In this document: one piece after another, positions 50,803 to 52,434 of the stretch
Position numbering within the stretch: the stretch's first letter is position 1
How the letters are laid out: each line of letters starts with the position of its first letter
Source of the DNA: Gammaproteobacteria bacterium
GTDB lineage: Bacteria > Pseudomonadota > Gammaproteobacteria > Immundisolibacterales > JAKLLR01
Length of the DNA: 52,434 bases
Assembly: GCA_022014175.1 (NCBI GenBank)
Contig: JAKLLR010000001.1
Span: forward strand, 1 to 52,434
Direction: 5' to 3'
Translations under genes and position numbers: made by a program
Notes under the pieces: generated by a model
What the model saw: only the letters and a program-made list of their open reading frames with translations
Told to the model about the DNA's origin: nothing
Database searches by the model: none

Positions 50803-51480
50803 ATGGTCAGTAGACAACGACAGCGTCAGGCTGGCTTCACCCTGATTGAACTGATGATCGCCATTCTGGTGGGCACTTTCCTGATCGGCGGGGTGATTGC
50901 GGTGTTTATGGGCACCTACCGCAGTAATGTGGAAGATCTGCGCATCACCCACCTCAACCAGGAGTTGCGGGGCACCATGGCCCTGATCACCCGGGATCTG
51001 AAGCGGGCTGGTTACGACAGCGATGCGATCCAGAATGTGATCAGTAACAATCTTCCGATCAGTGCATTTACAGAGCTTAATACCTAGACCAGCGCGGGCT
51101 GGACCGGGTCTGGTGACTGTGTGCTGTTTGCCTACGACCGTGACGAGGATGGTGCGCTCGACAGTGGTGACCGTCTCGGTTTTCGCTACAACGGCACCGA
51201 CCGGGTGGTCGAGATGCGTAGCAGTGGCAGTGTGCTGACCAGTTGCGACGACGGCACCTGGGCGAATATTAACGACGAGCGGACCATCGTGATTGAGAAT
51301 TTCGACGTGGTGGAGTGGGTCTACTCCGTCGGCTCTGCGGACGAGCGGCGGCTCCAGATCACCCTTGATGGTGCCGTGAACCTGCGGGGCAATCCCACGG
51401 ATATAAGCTCCGGTGATCCGCTGGAGATCGTCCGCCGTAGTTATACCGAGAGCGTACGGGTCCGTAACGATGAACTGTAA
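50803..51480 (+). pseudogene. pilW: PilW-like type IV minor pilin interrupted by one in-frame TAG (51085-51087)
   Basis: MVSRQRQRQAGFTLIELMIAILVGTFLIGGVIAVF…LRGTMALITRDLKRAGY…FTELNT*TSAGWTGSGDCVLFAYDRDEDGALDSGDRLGFRYNG… The track ORFs 50776-51087 and 51121-51480 are in the same frame and are separated only by the TAG. The downstream part has no pilin leader of its own. Confidence 0.7.
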
Positions 51481-51504
51481 CCCGGTCGAAAGAGGGTGAG
51501 CAAA

Positions 51505-52434
51505 ATGAAACCAAATCTGAACCTGCGCCCGCCAGCCTCCCAGCGGGGGGTGGCGACCCTGATGATCGCCCTGGTGCTGTTGCTCGCCGCCACCTTTATT
51601 ACAGTCTACTCCGCCAGGGTGGGGCTGAATGAACAGCGCATGGCGGCCAATGATTCAAGGGCCAAGGAGTCCTTCCAGAACGCCGAGGGGGGGTTGGAGT
51701 ATGCCAAGAGTTGGCTGCTGGCGAACAGAGATAGCTTTAGTGGCTGGAGCTGGACCGACTGTGCCGACGGCGATACTGACCTGCCCTGCGGCTACGCAGG
51801 GGTGAACCAGTACACCAGCGTCTGGTCCTACGTCAGCATGCCCTCCAGCCTGATTACCGAGCTGAACTGGACCGTCTCCAGCGGCCCCTATGTCTACACC
51901 CAGAGCCCGGGGGCAGAGTGGCAACCGCTGGTGATGGCCGCCCGGGGTAACTCCCTGGATACTACCGGTGAAGCTGTGGTGAAACAGGGCATGAGCAAGT
52001 TCACTATCGTGAACCAGGGTCCGGTGCCGCCGGTGATGGCGCCTATTGTTGATATTGATGGCGCCATGACTATTCTGGCCAATCCGAATCCTACCAATTG
52101 CGGGGTGCCTAACCCCTTGTCCATCTGGACTGCGAAGGACTTCGCCTCTCTGATCACCACCAATGCCTTCGCCACCTGCGCCCAGGGGGATTTCCGTGGT
52201 AACAACAACATTCAGTGTATCGGCCCGGGGATTTTAGATGAGTTAAACGTTACCGCCTGGGATCCCCCCTGTAGCTGTGTGGATGATTACTCATCGAAAG
52301 ATGCCTCCACCTTTTTTAAGGATAGTGATGTGGTCGATAACGACCCGGATTTTCCCTACGACCCGATCCTTGGGATTGGCACGCCGGAGGACCTCTTCGC
52401 CTACGTCTTCTCCCGGGGTTCGGTGGAGCTGAAG
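51505..52434 (+). CDS. pilX: PilX-N-domain pilus assembly protein. Partial; open to the right window edge at more than 310 codons.
   Basis: I translated from the ATG at 51505: MKPNLNLRPPASQRGVATLMIALVLLLAATFITVYSARVGLNEQRMAANDSRAKESFQNAEGGLEYA… (PilX N-terminal signature). There is no stop through 52434, so the ORF is absent from the track. GAGGGTGAG lies upstream. Confidence 0.75.
   Translation, partial: MKPNLNLRPPASQRGVATLMIALVLLLAATFITVYSARVGLNEQRMAANDSRAKESFQNAEGGLEYAKSWLLANRDSFSGWSWTDCADGDTDLPCGYAGVNQYTSVWSYVSMPSSLITELNWTVSSGPYVYTQSPGAEWQPLVMAARGNSLDTTGEAVVKQGMSKFTIVNQGPVPPVMAPIVDIDGAMTILANPNPTNCGVPNPLSIWTAKDFASLITTNAFATCAQGDFRGNNNIQCIGPGILDELNVTAWDPPCSCVDDYSSKDASTFFKDSDVVDNDPDFPYDPILGIGTPEDLFAYVFSRGSVELK

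Overview
This 52.4-kb window is high-GC (roughly 60%) and densely packed with housekeeping genes. Gene order resembles Pseudomonas and E. coli, so it is most likely core chromosome of a gammaproteobacterium. I found no transposase, integrase, CRISPR array, tRNA or rRNA gene, phage gene or recognisable defence gene.

Gene content, left to right:
- dprA (partial) and a LysM protein, divergent from def-like, def, fmt, trkA, trkH and a SAM methyltransferase.
- A roughly 13-kb co-directional minus-strand array: metK, [SAH riboswitch] ahcY, metF, rsmE, gshB, apbE, tonB-like, yqgE, ruvX, pyrR, pyrB, pyrC', a PyrK-like gene and a dienelactone hydrolase.
- TIGR02449-like, zapA, ssrS (6S RNA) and 5-formyl-THF cyclo-ligase, divergent from ygfB, pepP, ubiH and ubiI-like.
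- A contiguous cell-wall elongation array: mreBCD, mrdA, rodA, mltB, rlpA, dacC, dat, lipB.
- gatCAB, then a zinc-finger protein, ilvE and groESL.
- dsbD, tlpA-like, aroQ, accBC, a BolA-like gene and an alpha/beta hydrolase, with thiO convergent.
- A type IV minor-pilin locus at the right edge: pilE divergent from fimT, pilW and pilX.

The ORF track misses three RNA or DNA elements, which I identified from the sequence:
- An SAH riboswitch upstream of ahcY.
- A 6S RNA, which the track buries inside a spurious N-terminal ORF extension.
- A near-perfect CIRCE operator, with stacked sigma70-like and sigma32-like promoters, upstream of groES.

I do not see a convincing novel multi-gene system. The observations most worth a second look are:
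- A pilW-like minor pilin split by one in-frame TAG.
- An unusually long, Cys-rich PilX-like ORF that runs off the window.
- An orphan PyrK-like Fe-S flavoprotein, translationally coupled to a catalytically degenerate PyrC'.
- A tandem, motif-divergent deformylase paralog that lacks a Shine-Dalgarno (SD) sequence.
- The layered heat-shock control region of groESL.

All functional calls come from reading the translated ORFs for motifs and from synteny. No database search was run.
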